Assembly: GCF_009914755.1 (NCBI RefSeq)
Contig: NC_060929.1
Strand: one strand, 5' to 3'
DNA length: 64,000 bases
Source: the human T2T-CHM13v2.0 reference genome, Homo sapiens
The notes under the pieces were generated by a model. It did not search any database and was not told where the DNA came from. It saw only the letters and a program-made list of their open reading frames with translations. The translations under genes and the position numbers were made by a program. Positions 1 to 14,982 of the stretch are shown piece after piece (within the stretch, counting starts at the first letter, position 1; every line of letters starts with the position of its first letter).

Positions 1-289
1 GACAGAATTTTGGTACTACCTAGTAAAGTAGAGATGTATACACCTGCTACCCACTCCTAGGCACAGAACCTAAAGAAACTCACACATGTACCCAAGATGA
101 CATTATTATTTATGGACTCATTTTCTATAATTGCAAAACACTGGAAATTATCTAAATATTCATTAATAGAATAATCAAAAAATAAACTATAGTCATAAAA
201 TTGACTGCTACATAGGAGTAAAAAAGTTTAAATAAACTAAACATATCAATATTGATACATTTCGCACATATAATGAGTTTCTGAAAAGC

Positions 290-2490
290 AAGCATTCTCC
301 TTGAAAACCGGCCCAAGACAAGGATGCCTTGTCTCACCACTCCCATGCAACATAATATTGGAAGTCCTAGCCAGAGCAATCAGGCAAGACAAAGAAATAA
401 AGAACATCCAAATAGGAAGAGAGAAAGTCAAACTATCTCTATTTGTAGACAACATGATTCTATATCTAGAAAACCCCACAGTCTCAGCCCAACAGCTCCT
501 TCAGCTGATCAACAACTTCAGCAAAGTTTCAGGATACAAAATCAATGTAAAAAATCGCGCCACTGCACTCCAGCCTGGGCGACAGAGCGAGACTCCGTCT
601 CAAAAAAAAAAAAAAAAAAAAAAACAAAATCAATGTAAAAAATCATTAACATTCCTATATACCAACAACAGCCACGCCGAGAGCCAAATCAGAAAGGCTA
701 TTTCATTCACAATTGCCACAAAAAGAATAAAATACCAGGAATATTACTTACCATGGAAGTGAAAGATCTCTGCAATGAGAATTACAAAACACTTCTCAAA
801 GAAATCAGAGAAGGCGTAACAAATGAAAAAACATCCCATGTGCGTGGATAGAAAAAAATCAATATAAAAATGGCTATACTGTCCAAAGCAGTTTACAGAT
901 TCAATGCTCTTTCTATCAAACTCCCAATGATATTCTTCACAGAACTAGAAAAAAACTATTTTAAAATTTATATGGAACCAATAAAGAGCTCTAATAGCCA
1001 AGGCAATCCTAAGCAAAAAACAACGAAGCTGAAGGCATCATGTTACCTGACTTCAAACTCCACTACAGGGCTACAGTAACCAAAACAGCATGATACTGGT
1101 ACAAAAACAGGCACCTAGACCAATGGAATAGAATAGAGAGCCCTGAAATAAGGCTGCACATCTGTGACCATCTGATCTTTGACAAAGCTGACAAAAATAA
1201 GCAATGGGGAAAAGACTCCCTATTCAATAAAGGGTGCTGGGATCACTAGCTAGCCATATGCAGAAGATTGAAGCTGGACTGCTTTCTTGTACCACATACA
1301 AAAATCAGCTCAAGATGGATTAGAGGCTTAAATGTAAAACCCAAAACTATAACAAACATGGAAGACAAGCTAGGCAATACCATCCTGGACAAAGGAATGG
1401 GCAAAGATTTCATGACAAAGACCAAAAGCAAACACAACAAAAGCAAAAATTGACAACTGGGATCTAATTAAACTTAAGAGCTTCTGCACAACAATGACAA
1501 AAAACTATCAACAGAGTAAACAGACAACCTACAGAATGGGAGAAAATAATTTGCAAACTATGTATCTGACAGAGGTCCAATATCCAACATTTAAAAGGAA
1601 CTTAAATTTACAAGAGAAAAACAACCCTATTAAAAAGTGGGCAAAGGACAGGGCCATCCATTTTCCAAAAAAAGACATACATGTTGCCAACATGCATATG
1701 GAAAAGAAGCTCAATATCACTGACCATTAGGGAAATGCAAATTAAAACCACAATGATATACTATCTCACATCAGTCACAATGGCTATTAGTAAAAAATCA
1801 AAAAATAACAGAGGCTGGTGAGGTTGCAGAGAAAGGGGAACACTTGTGCACTGTTGGTGGGAGTGTAAATTAGTTCAACCATTGTGGAAAGCAGTATAGT
1901 GATTCCGCAAAGAGCTAAAAGCAGAACTACCATTCGACCCAGCAATCCCATTACTGAGTATATGCCCAGGCGAATATAAATCATTCTACCATAAAGACAC
2001 ATGCACACGAATGTTCATTGCAGCACCATTCATAATAGCAAAGACATGGAATCAACCTAAATGCCCATCAATGACAGACTGGATAAAGAAAATGTGGTAC
2101 ATATACACCATAGAATACTATGCAGCCTATATAAATAATAAGATCACGTCTTTTGCAGGAAAATGGATGGAGCTGGAGGCTATTATACTCAGCAAACTAA
2201 CCCAGCAACAGAAAACCAAATACTGCCTGTTCTTACTTACAAGTGAGAGCTAAATGATGAGAACTTATGAACACAAAGAAGGAAACAAAAGACACTGGGG
2301 TCTACTTGAGGGTGGAGGGTGAGAGGAGGGAGGAGAGCAGAAAAGATAACTATTGGGTGCTGGGTTTAATTTCTGGGTGATGAAATAATCTGTACAACAA
2401 ACTCCCATGACATGAGTTTACCTATGTAACAAACCTTCACATGTACCCCTGAACCTAAAATAAAAGTTAAAAAAAGTAAATACGTAAAAT
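290..2490 (+). mobile_element. 5'-truncated older primate L1 (L1PA13-16-like): ORF2 RT/C-terminal remnant plus 3'UTR
   Basis: ORF fragments are L1 ORF2-like ([24 protein letters not shown]). The 3'UTR ends aacctaaaataaaagtt followed by an A-rich tail. Confidence 0.9.
557..623 (+). mobile_element. Extremely 5'-truncated AluY-like insertion (45-nt body + poly-A)
   Basis: gcgccactgcactccagcctgggcgacagagcgagactccgtctc followed by a pure A tail. Perfect direct repeat acaaaatcaatgtaaaaaatc at 536-556 and 624-644. Confidence 0.93.
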
Positions 2491-3077
2491 AAAAAGGCAA
2501 GTTGTCAAATGATATATGAAGTATGTTATTTATATAAAATATGAAATATAAAATATACTAAATATCATTTTGTAATACATGCTTAATGTACTAAAAAGTA
2601 TTAAGCAAATGCAACAGAATGATAAGACTACAAATTCTGGGAGACAATTACCTCTGTGAGGCGAAGTGAGGGGATGCACACAAGGAGGGGTAAACTGTAT
2701 TTGTCGTGCTTTGTTTCCTAAACTGGATGATGCAGATTTGTTCTGTTGTGCAGTGTTATTTTCTTAGTCTGAACTATTTTGCAATAAATTATAAACACTC
2801 TAGGAAAAAAAATTCAAATATTTCAGTAAACTTAAACCTCATTTTGACCACCACCCAGCACCTAGTCCTAGGCATCCTGAAGAGTTATCTACTGTTAGTT
2901 ATTAGTTCTTTTCCACTCAATATAAATAGCATTGTTTGAACAAAGGTATCTCTTTCCTTTTTATATAAACGATAATCTAACATGCATACTTTCAATGAAC
3001 ATCATGTCTTAACCATATAAATGCACTTCCCTCTTCAACAATAACGAATTTTCCTGGAACTTAAGCATTTTCTTTTT

Positions 3078-3325
3078 GAGGCAGACGGTATAATCGCTAA
3101 AAGCACAGTCTTTAGAGACAAACTGCCTGAATTCTTCAAATCCTGGAGTCAATACAATATTTACCCAGGGCAAGTTATTTTCTGTGCTTCGGGTGTCTTA
3201 TCTATAAAACTGATAATCACAATACCTACGTCTTAGGATTGTTTGAGGATTCCATGAGTAAAGTCATGTAAAACACTCAGAGAAGTGGCTGGAACATAGT
3301 AAGGCCTTGATAAATATTATTTGTA
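3078..3325 (+). mobile_element. MIR SINE
   Basis: MIR core-like gggcaagtta...tatctataaaactgataat...aggattgtttgaggatt and 3' end tggctggaacatagtaag. Confidence 0.7.
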
Positions 3326-3974
3326 GCTACAGTCTTTGCTATAACATATTGGAAAGGGCCCTTACAATGGTGTCCTTACACCAAGTCCAACTTATGGCTA
3401 CTCTAGAAAAATCAGGATGTTCTTTTGCCCACTTCTCCTAATTATGCTGAGCTTTGGAAATCAGTCATCCTTCAGAAACTCTATAGAACCTGTAGCAATG
3501 CCCAGTCTTTTGATTTCTGCACACTAAGTTCTATTTGTCCAAATTCCAGGCATTGTTTTCTTATAGGAGAATTTCTTCAAGTCACTCATAGCTGTCAGTT
3601 TCTGCCAATTTAATTTGGCAATTAAGGAACTGTACATAAGTGTTTATATGTCACCGTTCTTTCTTTAAGTTGAGCCTGGGGGCACAGCCAATGTTTCTTT
3701 TTTCACATTCATGCTAATAATACGTTGGTTGAGTTGCACATAGCATATGTAAATTTTTGGCAATTTATTTTTCTCATAGTTCTCAGAGTTTGCTTCAAAT
3801 TTATCACATCATCTACGTTATACTTGCAGTTAGTCTACTTCTCACCTAATATCAAATTTTGGATTTGCGTAATTCCCTACGTTAAGAGAGATTAAAAACA
3901 AAAATTTTAGAGTCAGCCAGACCTGAGTTCAAATCCTAGCTCTGCCATGGGTTAGGCATGTGGCCCAAGTAAAC

Positions 3975-4581
3975 ATATTAGTTTTCTATAGATAGATAAC
4001 AATTTACTGCAAAGTTAGCAGTTTAATATAACACCCATTCATTATCTCACAGTCTGGGCATGGTGACTGGATTCTCTGCTCAACTCTAAAATTAAGATGT
4101 AGGTAGGGATCACTGCTGATCTCATCTGGAGCTCAGGATTCCCTTTTCAGCTCACATGATTGTGGGCATAATTCACTGTCTTGCAGTTGTAGGACTAAAG
4201 ACCCCATTCTCTTGCTGCTGTCAGCTGAGGTAACTTGCAGCTCCAGCAGCAGCCCACATTCCTTGACACATGGTCTCCTCCATCTTCAAAGCCAGCAAGA
4301 GATTTTTCCCACATATCAAATCACTCTCAAATTCACATCGCTGATTTCTGCATCTCTTTCCTCTGGACTCAGATTTAAAGGGCTCATCTGATTGGGTCTG
4401 GCCTACCTGGATAATTTTCCTATTTTAAGGTCAGCTGATTTTGGAACCTTAATATTACAAGCCAAATTCCTTTACATCAGTACCTAGGTGAGTGTTTTAT
4501 TGAATACCAAGGAGAAGGAGTATGTATGTACTCCAGGGAGCAGGATATCTTGGGGGACAGCTTACATTTTTGCCACTCACA
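3975..4581. mobile_element. MaLR solo LTR (MLT1D/E-like) inserted in a MIR
   Basis: MLT1 motifs cttgcagttgtaggact, ctccatcttcaaagccagcaa and gggctcatctgattggg. MIR fragments lie on both sides (~3900-3970, ~4600-4710). Confidence 0.7.
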
Positions 4582-4744
4582 ACAAGACATATTGGCTTTG
4601 CAATCCTCAGCTATAAAATGGGAACAATGGTGCTCACTGCAGAGAAAAAGTCAATTAGATACAGTGAAACAAAAAAAGCTTCCAAGTACTGATTATGCTC
4701 AGGATTAGGCTGCCTGTTTTCATTACTTCATTGTCCCAGTAATC

Positions 4745-7155
4745 TTTTTCCCCCAGTTTTACTGAGATACAACTGATATGCAAAATCTCTACATAATTAA
4801 TGTATACTTGGTGAGTTTGAACATGTTTACACTCATGTCGCCATCACTATAATCCAGGAAATAAATGTATCCATCATGCCAAAATTCCCCCTTTTTACTC
4901 TAATGAGAGCTATCCTATTAACCAATGAGTAAGTGCACTGTATCTTATTGTTAACTGCAGGCACTATTTTGTACAGACCTCTAGAACTTACTCATCTTGT
5001 ATAACTAACATTATATCTATTGAATAACAACTCCCTTGGTAACCATCATTTTATTATCTACTTCTATACCTTTGACTGTTTTAGATGCCTCATTTAAAAC
5101 GAAACATACAATATTTGTCTTTCCGTGACCGACTTATGTCGCTTAACATAATGTCTTCCAGGTTTATACATGTTGCCACAAATGTTAGGTTTTTCTTCTT
5201 TTTCAAGGCTAAATAATATTCAACTTTATGTGTTTAACACATTTTCTTTGCCTATTCATTCATCTGTTGATAGACATTTGGGTTATTTTGGCTACTCTGA
5301 ATATTGTTGCCATGAACATGGGAGTGCGGATATCTCTTTGAGACCCTGATTTCAATTCTTTGGGTTATATAGCCAGAATTGAGATTGCTAGATCATGTGG
5401 TAATTCTATTTTTGATTTTTTGAGGACCCTCCATACTGTTTTCCATGGCAGCAGTACCGTTTTACATTTTAAAGGGTTCCTGTTTCTCCACAACCTCACC
5501 AACATTTGCTGTCTTTTTTTTTTTAATAATAGCCATCCTATCAGGTGTGAGGTGATATCTCAATGTTTTTGATTTGCATTGCCCTGATGATTAGTGATAG
5601 TAAGCATCTCTTTTGTTTGTCATTTGTATGTTTTCTTTGGAGAAGTGTCTATTCAGATCTTTTCTCCATTTTTAAATCAGGTTATTTGATTTTTTTGCTA
5701 TTGAGTTGTAGGAGTTCTTTATATGTTTTGGAAATTAATGCATTATCAGAAATATGGCTAGCAACTATTTTCTCTCATTTCATAGGTCGCCTTTTCACTC
5801 TGATGTTTCCTTTGCTGTTCAGAAGTGTTTTCGTTTAATGTAGCTCTACTTATAATTTTTGCTTCTGTTGCCAGTTTTTGGGTGCCATATCCAAGAAATT
5901 ATTACTGAGATCAATGACAAGAAGCTTTTCCCCTCTGTTTTCTTCCAGGCATTTTATGGATTTAGATCTTATGTTCAAATCTGTAATTCATTTTCAGTTA
6001 ATTTTTGTGTATGATGAATGACACAATTTTATTACTTTGGATGTGGATATACAGTTTTCCCCCCAAAAAATTATTGAAGAGACTGTCCTTCCCTTATTAT
6101 GTATTATCAGCATCCTTATTGAAGATTAATTGACCGTATATGTGTGGGTTTACTTATGAGCCTACTATTCTGTTCCATTGATCTATATGTCTATTTTTAT
6201 GCCAGTCTCAAACTGTGTAAATTACTGTAGCTTTGTAATATATTCTCAAATCAGAAATTTTGGTAGCTCCAGCTTTGTTCTTACTATTCAAAATTGTCTT
6301 GACTATTTAAGGTCTTTTGCAGTTGCATGAAAATTTAAGAATTGTTTTATTTATAATTATAAAAATGTTTTTAAGATTTAGCTAGGGATTACATTGAATC
6401 TGTAAGTTACTGTGGGTAGTGTAGACATTTTCACATAGAATGTATTTTTGGGAAAAGCACACAAAATCCACATTTTTATCTAATTTCTTTCATCAGTATT
6501 TTATAATTTTAAGCATTCAAATGAGTCTTTCACCTCCTTAGTTAGGTTTATTCCTAGGTATTTTATTCTTTTTGATCCTATTGTAAATGAGACTGTTTTC
6601 TTGACTTTTTTTTGGATAGTACATTGTTAAAGAATAGATATGCAACTCACTTTCGTGTGTTGGTTTTGTATTCTTCAGCTATACTTTGTAGCCTGAATTA
6701 GTTTATTAGTTCTAACCTTTTTTATATTTTTAGAGTCTTTAGGGTTTTATACATATAAGATCATGTCATTCCAGAGTCTTTTTTTATAATTTCAAATTTG
6801 ATTTAAGATGCAAGGGGTACATGTGTGGGTTTGTTACGTGGGTATATTGTGTGATGCTGAGGTTTGGGGTAGGATTGATCTCATTACCCTGATATTGAGC
6901 ATATTACCCAATAGTTAGTTTTTCAACCTTGTCCTCCTTCATCCCCCCTTCATCCCTCCCTCCTCTAGTGGTCCCCAGTGTCTATTGCCATCTTCATGTC
7001 CACAAGTACCCAGTGTTTAACTGCCACTTAGATGTGAGAACATGCAGTTTTCTGTTCCTCTGTTAATTTGCTTTGGATTATGGCCTCTAGCCCAGCAGCC
7101 CTTTTAAAATGAGCCCAATACAGAGTCTCCTTTGGTGACTGATGCTGATTAGGTC
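4745..7155 (-). mobile_element. Ancient L1 (L1MA9/10-like 3' end): 3' half of ORF2 plus 3'UTR, capped by a ~63-nt non-ORF2 leader (7092-7155) and interrupted by an L1PA16-like insertion
   Basis: Antisense L1 3'UTR and ORF2 run from 4745 to 6769, where ORF2 similarity stops at ATGACATGATC. The leader is homologous to 24870-24933. Confidence 0.8.
6779..7091 (-). mobile_element. L1PA15/16-like 3' end fragment
   Basis: Poly-T then ggggtacatgtg...gtgatgctgaggtttgggg...gtccccagtgtctattg. Degenerate TSD ccag-agtcttttt (6771-6783) and ccagcagccctttt (7092-7105). Confidence 0.8.
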
Positions 7156-7191
7156 TCCAATAATTATTCTTTATATAAAAGAATGGTGCAA

Positions 7192-7969
<778 letters not shown>

Positions 7970-8102
7970 AAAAGAATGATGCAAAGGCTAATAATACTCA
8001 TATTTTACAGATGAAGAAACTGGGACTTAAAGATAATATCTAAAAGCAGTTATCATAGTTACAGCCTCTGGCAAATAGAAAACACTCATTAATACTAATT
8101 GC

Positions 8103-8144
<42 letters not shown>

Positions 8145-8156
8145 TATTATCATCAT
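8103..8156 (+). repeat. (CAT)n trinucleotide microsatellite
   Basis: About 14 perfect CAT units followed by degenerate units. Confidence 0.95.
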
Positions 8157-9069
8157 TTTATATTAAAAAGAAGAAACACAAAAGTGTCCAGTAGCACCTA
8201 CCACACACCCACTCCTAATCTGGGCCATGTAAAAACTGTGGAGATGATGAGTCCTTTGCAAGGCATTTCCGGGGAGCTCCTGTTCCCTGGGAAGCTGCCT
8301 GGTCATTTTTCGGCTGCTTTTTTAATACCCCAAGGAGGGCTGTGGTTGAAGCTCTAGTCCTGGAACTGACAACACCAGAATCCAGAATCTCCCAGTTTCT
8401 TAATACCAACTTGATGGTGGAATTTGCATTGTCTAGTGCAAAATGCAGCCCTTTTAACATTTACATTTGATCTTTATCTTCTGGTTATACAGATTACTTC
8501 ATCTAATTTTACCTGTTATTTGTTTTAAAGCTTTTCACCCCATCTTACCCAACTTTTAGTGGAGAAAGGTAATACTCAAAAGCTCTCTCAATTCTTATAA
8601 CAGCATATAAAACATTTCATGCTCATTAAACTAACACCCTTCATTCTCTCATTCTTTTCAAATGTCAATCCTTAAGTGACATAAATAAGGTTAGCAAAAC
8701 CTTCTAAGAGATTTTAGACTTTATCTAGTACAAACACCTTATTTTACTATGGAGAAACTGGAGCTTTCCCCCAAAAAAGGATTTTCTTAAGGTAATCAGC
8801 TGGTGGCAGAGCCAGGACTAGACAGATGGACATCAGGAGTCCAGTCACCCAGTGCCACACACCTTCCAATTACATGACTCCACTTGGTGCCTAGTTTATG
8901 ACCTCCAAAGCTCTGCTTAGTGACTACTTTCATTTTCTCTGTGTATTTATATATAAAAAAACTCAAAGGAGAAATTACAAAGTAAAAATAGCTCATTATA
9001 ACTTAACAGTACCCCTAAGCAATCAGACATTCTGTAACAATTCAATGGCCAGGCTGTCCTATTAGGTAC

Positions 9070-9480
9070 TGCAGACACTGATAACTACCTTCCCAATAGC
9101 CATTCTCTCCTACTTCCTAGGTGACAGACCCCAGTTTTGTTTGGGGGCACCAATATGCCCAACTCCATCAAGCTACTCTCTTTTTCAACCTCCCTGGCTG
9201 CCAGGAGCAACAAGATATAGTTTGGGCCAAGGAGTTACAGGCAGAAGCTGAGTAAGCATTTGGGGAAGACTTGTTTTTCTGAGTAAATGAATAAAGATTG
9301 CTGGCATCACATCTTCCCTTTTCTTCTCTTTGAACCAAAATTGATATCTAGAGCAACAGTAGCCACCTGGAAGCCATACACAGAGACAACAAAATGGAAG
9401 GCTAGAGGTACGGGTCATTGATATCACTGGCTGGCTGCACCAGACCTGAACTATTAATTACTGAGTATCTTTTCAGTAAA
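9070..9480. mobile_element. Old MaLR LTR (MLT1J-like)
   Basis: Motifs such as ccattctctcctacttcct, ctccctggctgccagg and agcaacagtagccacc. Confidence 0.55.
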
Positions 9481-9494
9481 AGAAACAATAACTC

Positions 9495-10730
9495 AGAAAG
9501 CAACATGGTATAGAACCTAAAAGCACTGCCTGGGAGTGACAGACTTGGGTGTGAGTCCTGGCTAGCTGCCTGACCTTGAAAAAGTTACCTAACTTCACTG
9601 AATGCCAGTTTTCCCAATTCACAGGATTGATTTAAACATTAAATAAAAGAATGCATATAAAATGCTTAAAATGGCACATTGCAAGCCCTCAGTATATGGT
9701 AGCCTGGTTCAATGTAGGAATCTCTCTCTGCAATTATCTGATTATTATCCATTGTTTATCCAGGGAATGTATGCAGAATTGATCTCATTGGTCAGCAAAC
9801 AACATGTATTACACTCACAACTTTATATGTAGATTGGTCATGGAAGGCACAAATTACCAAAATAAAACTAATGAATATTCATCAAAGATTGCCTTAGAAT
9901 CCTAGAACGCTAAAGCTAGAAAGATAGCTTAACCTTCATCCAATAAATATTTGCTGAGTGCCAAATATATGTTCAGAACCATGCTAGTCACTGTTGATAT
10001 ATGAATATATCATTGAAGTAAGATTCCTGTTCTCACGGGATTTATCTTATAGTGGGGGCATTTCCTAATGTATATCTAATATGACCATCTCAATCACAGC
10101 TGAAGAAACTGAAGCCCAGAGATGTTAAATGACTTGCAGGCATACCTAGGTCACACAGCAGTTAATGGCAGATGTTGGAGTAAAATTCAAGCCTCTTGAC
10201 TCCTATTGGGTTGGTCTTTTGTCTATATCCTGAAATTCCTGATTTACATTTTTGTATACCGTCAGAAAGTATTCCTTGCTGTCCACCAGGATGACTGAGA
10301 TAGAAAATCTGATCCCTGAGTTTCCTTCATTTCCTACCACTCTCTCATTTCCCTATGCTCCACGAAGTATAGTCTTGGTGTGATTTCCTCAAACATGTCA
10401 AACTTGCTCCTTTTACAAGACTCTTACTTCTGGTTGGCCTTCATCCCTAGTTTTATTTGTATGGCATTCATTCACCATTTCAGCCTCAGCTTGAGGGCCA
10501 TTTGTTTTGACTGTCCCTTAAAATGTATCATTATCATTCTCTACCTCACTCACCATTTCTTTCAGCTCATATATATAACCAGCTGAAATTAACTTACTAA
10601 CTTTTTTTCCACATGTTTGTTGTTGGGCTGCATGAGGGCAGACACCTTATCTGCCTTGCTCACTGCTGCATTCCAGAGGCCAGAACAATGCCTGCAACCA
10701 GAGCTGGTACCCAATAACTACTTGTCAAAA
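9495..10730. mobile_element. Cluster of MIR and L2 fragments
   Basis: MIR at ~9495-9700 (+) and ~10080-10205 (-). L2 3' motifs at ~9935-10060 and ~10380-10730 (catgagggcagacacc, cactgctgcattccag). Confidence 0.6.
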
Positions 10731-10938
10731 GAACATTGGGTGATGCTGTTAGCTCTAGAATTCTAGGCTCCTGAGACAATCTTTGTCTGATAAATATTTG
10801 TGAGCTATACTTGGCAATCTATGTTGAACAAATGAATGAATAAATCCTGGAGCCATTTTGTATTTAGCTTTATAAGATACTAGATCCTGAAAAGATCCTG
10901 AAGCAAAGTTACTCGAACCCTTTAATGTAAAACAGGAG

Positions 10939-11178
10939 TATATTAGTCCATTTTCACACAAGGCACTTCTTACATGGCGGCAGGAGACAGAGAGAGAGCG
11001 AAGGGGAAACTGCCACTTTTAAACCATCAGATCTTGTGAGAATTCCCTCACTATCACAAGAACAGCATAGGGGAAACCACTTCCAGGATCGCATCACCTC
11101 CCATCAGGTCCCTCCCTCGACATGTGGGGGTTACAATTAGAGATGAGATTTGGGTGGGGATAGAGCCAAACCATATCA
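10939..11178. mobile_element. Internally deleted MSTA/THE1-type MaLR solo LTR
   Basis: Termini tatattagtcc...ccaaaccatatca with a perfect 5-bp TSD aggag (10934-10938, 11179-11183). Only 240 bp long. Confidence 0.85.
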
Positions 11179-13021
11179 AGGAGGAAAGTGAAGTTGAGTA
11201 CTTGCCTTGAGATCTAATTGACTGAATTAACTGATGTGTAGACAGGGCGAAGTTGGGGGTAAAATCTATCCATGGCTACCTCTCTAAAAATCTAGAATAA
11301 TAGTGAATGAGATAGCAACTGATGATTTGACTATGAGATGGTCCAACTTCTCTCACCCACTCCTTTACTCTCTGCTGCCCTAATCCTCTTAAACCTCATA
11401 GGATGCATGCCTGAAATTCCATCACAGATTTTCTTTTTCTTTTATCTGGGGCTGCACTCTGATGGCCCTGGGCAGCACAGTGTTTCTGAAACACTTGCAT
11501 GTGGATGCCTCTAGGTGAGGCAGACACTCTCCAGCTCCCCTGAACCCCCACTGCTCCCTATTGTCTCACCTCTGGCTGCTTTAGAAACTTATCGTACCTG
11601 CTGGACCTCTGGAACCACGTTTGTTTTAGGGCTAAAGTGCAATTTCTTCAGCTGCTATCAATAGATTACATTTGACCATGAGTAAATGACCCAGGGCTAA
11701 TTTTGTTGCATGGAGGACAATATCTTGAAGATATTTATAGTCGCATAGGGTATCAGAGGTAAAAGAAATTTAGACATAGTCTTTTCTCACCTTTTTCACT
11801 TGAGAATGAAGAAACAGGCTTAGGAAAGGTAGATGACTTGCTTAAGGTCACACAGCAAGTTAGTGGCAGATCTGGTACTGAAATTTAGACTTGGTGACCA
11901 AAGTGGTCTGGCACAGAGCAAGGATGCTTTGAAGTACTTGGGCGGAGGGTTGGGGGGGTGGTGAAAGAAAGCTGGGATGGCTGGTGGTGGAATTTAGAAC
12001 ATCTTCAAGATTCTGCCTGGGCTGAGCCCACCTTTCTCAGGCTTTTCCTCCCAGTAGAACTCTGGAAGGTAGGATACTTGCTCCTCCCATGTAATGATAC
12101 ACTTGTGCCTTCATCCTCCTTCACTAATTTGTGTCTGTATCTTTTCTGTCACTTTATATAACTAATTACTGTTTACTCTTTCCAAGCAGGGTGTGTGGGG
12201 ATCCAAACTGTGGGAGAGAATGGTGTTACTTTGGGGAAGCCTTTGCAGAAACAAGACAGTCTGGAAGAAAGGGAAACTCCAGCTGCAGAATTTTCTTCTC
12301 TTTTCTTGCTGTGGCCCCATCCTCCCACCTGGCTCTAGGGGAAAGTCCTATTTAAAAGTGAGAGTTAGTAACTTAGCATCTTTCAGCAGATATCACAGTT
12401 GCCTCTGGCACAGCCTCTTGCACCCTCGTACTTCCTCTCCTGGCTGTGCCTGCCTCAGCATGGGGATAACTGACTGCCCTCAGTTTTCCTCACCCTGCTA
12501 CTAGATTTGTAGCTGGATTTGGGGACCTCTGAAGGAATTTTAACCACATAGGGAAGCGGTATGATCAAGTGGAAGAAATGAAAACACCAAGGCTCGTAAG
12601 ATTGAGATCTAATCCTGCTCTGCCACCAACCAGCTGAGTCTCCCCTGCTGAACCATCAGTCAGCTCTGTGGTTGCAAGACCGATAGACTTTTCTCAGCAC
12701 TGGTCTCATTTAATCTCTGCAACACTTGCATTGTTGACCAACCTCTTTAACAATTTTTAAAACAATTTCTAATTCTGAAATGTTCCAAAAAGTACAGAAA
12801 ATATTACATAATGTTGAGCAAACAAACCGTACAATCAGACCTGAGCAATGATTATGAGAAAAAGCTCAGGTGGCCAAAGGTTAAATTCTGGGAGGGTCTT
12901 AGACTTGGGGAATGGAGAAGAACCAGGGGGAAGAAAAAGCCTTTACTGCTTTGCTCCCTCTCCCCAGAAGTTATCACTACACTAAAAGTCAGTGTATATC
13001 ATTCACAGTAGGTTTTAATTC

Positions 13022-13318
<297 letters not shown>

Positions 13319-14766
13319 GGTTTTAATTCTTTTATTATAAATGTATAATAAATATACAAATATGTGTAATATATATAAATAATACACAAATATTATGGTC
13401 AAAATATACTATTTTAAATGTTTTTATGTTTTCTGTATGTTTACGTTTATGTGAATGATGGTATCCTTTTGAAAGCTGCTTTTTTATTCAATGCCATTCT
13501 TTTGAGATTGTCTATAGTATATGTATACACTGAGTCCATCTTAATCGATACTCCACTATATGAATAACCCACAATCTATTTTTTTCTCCTATAAGAGATA
13601 GATAATTTGCTTCTACTATTTTGCTACCACAAGCAATCTGCAATAAACATACCTGTGCACAAGTTCGAGTTTTTCTAGGTCAAAAATCTAGAAGGGGGCT
13701 TGCTAAGTTATTAGGTATGTATTCATTTTAAGGTTCTTCAGAATAGTTATACCAAAATTCTGCTAAATACTTAGATGAAAATTCTGCCGAATTGCTCTTC
13801 AAAATAATTATACCATTGAACTCTCCCTTGAATAAGAGTTTCTGTTTCCTGACATTCTGCCAGCCCTTGTTGTCTTTGATTTATAAAGTTTTGCCAATAT
13901 GATGAGTATCAAATGGCATCTCATTGTGCTAGCATTTCCCTATTTTCTTGTGAGATCACATAGCTTTTCATTTATTGTATTGACCACTCAGTTTTCTTCC
14001 TCTAGGAATTGTCTTGTTTCTCATTTTCTGGTTGGGTTGTTTGGTGTTTTCTCTTAGTGTTTTGTAAGAAATTTTATATCTTGGCTTGTAATACTTTATC
14101 TGTTACATGGTTTACAAATAATTTCTGTAGTTGGCTTTTTTCACTTTGTTTTGGGCATATTTTGCCATACAGAAGATTTAATTTTATTTTCCCCCAGCTT
14201 TATGGAGATATACTTTACAAAAATATATAATATATATGTATTTATGGCATACAATATGTGATATTTTAATATACATACACATTTTTAAAAAATTAAATCA
14301 ATCTAATTAATATGCCACCTCACAAACATCATCTTTTTGGTGTTGGGAACATATGAGATCTACTCTTTCAGCAATTTTTAAGTATACAATCCACTATTAT
14401 TAATCGTAGTCACCATGCTGTCTAGTAGAACTCCAGAAGTATTTATTTATCCTGTCTAACAAACTTTGTACCCTTTGCCCAACATCTCTCCTTTCCCCAG
14501 CACTCCCTAATCCTTGGCAACCACCATTTCACTCTCTGCTTCTATGAGTTTAACTTTCAGAAGCTTTAATTTTAATATAGTCAAAGAAAACAATATTTCA
14601 TTGTTGGATTACAATTTTTGTGTTTTGTTGAAGATGTTCTGCCTACCATAATGCCATACGAGAAACTTCTAACACCCCTGTAATTGAAAATGGTATTCTT
14701 CCTCCCTCAACCCAGGATTTTAGTTCTACCTTGTTTTTATTATTCTAAATGACTGGTATTATTATT

Positions 14767-14982
14767 TTCTTTTTTCTTTTCTTTTTTTTTTTTTTTTTTT
14801 TTTTTTTTGAGACAGAGTTTTGCTCTTGTTGCCCAGGCTGGAGTGCAATGGCGTGATCTTGGCTCACCACAACCTCCACCTCCCGGTTTCAAGGATTCCC
14901 TGCCTCAGCCTCCCATATAGCTGGGATTATAGGCATGCGCCACCATGCTTGGCTAATTTTGGATTTTTAATAGAGACGGGGT
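14767..14982 (-). mobile_element. 5'-truncated AluS (Sp-like)
   Basis: Right monomer and linker only. TSD tggtattatt at 14754-14763 and 14983-14992. Confidence 0.88.

Larger units (their letters stand above)
1..2810 (+). mobile_element. Ancient L1M(E)-type 3' end, split by a younger L1 at ~290-2490
   Basis: Degenerate L1M 3' motifs at 1-290 resume after ~2495. TSD-like gaaaagcaag (283-292) and aaaaaggcaag (2491-2501) flank the insert. Confidence 0.6.

Noticed and set aside
301-762. 153-aa RT-like ORF with a poly-Lys insert
   Set aside because: A chance read-through of dead L1 ORF2 (FADD decayed to FVDN) across the mini-Alu, with no ATG start or promoter.
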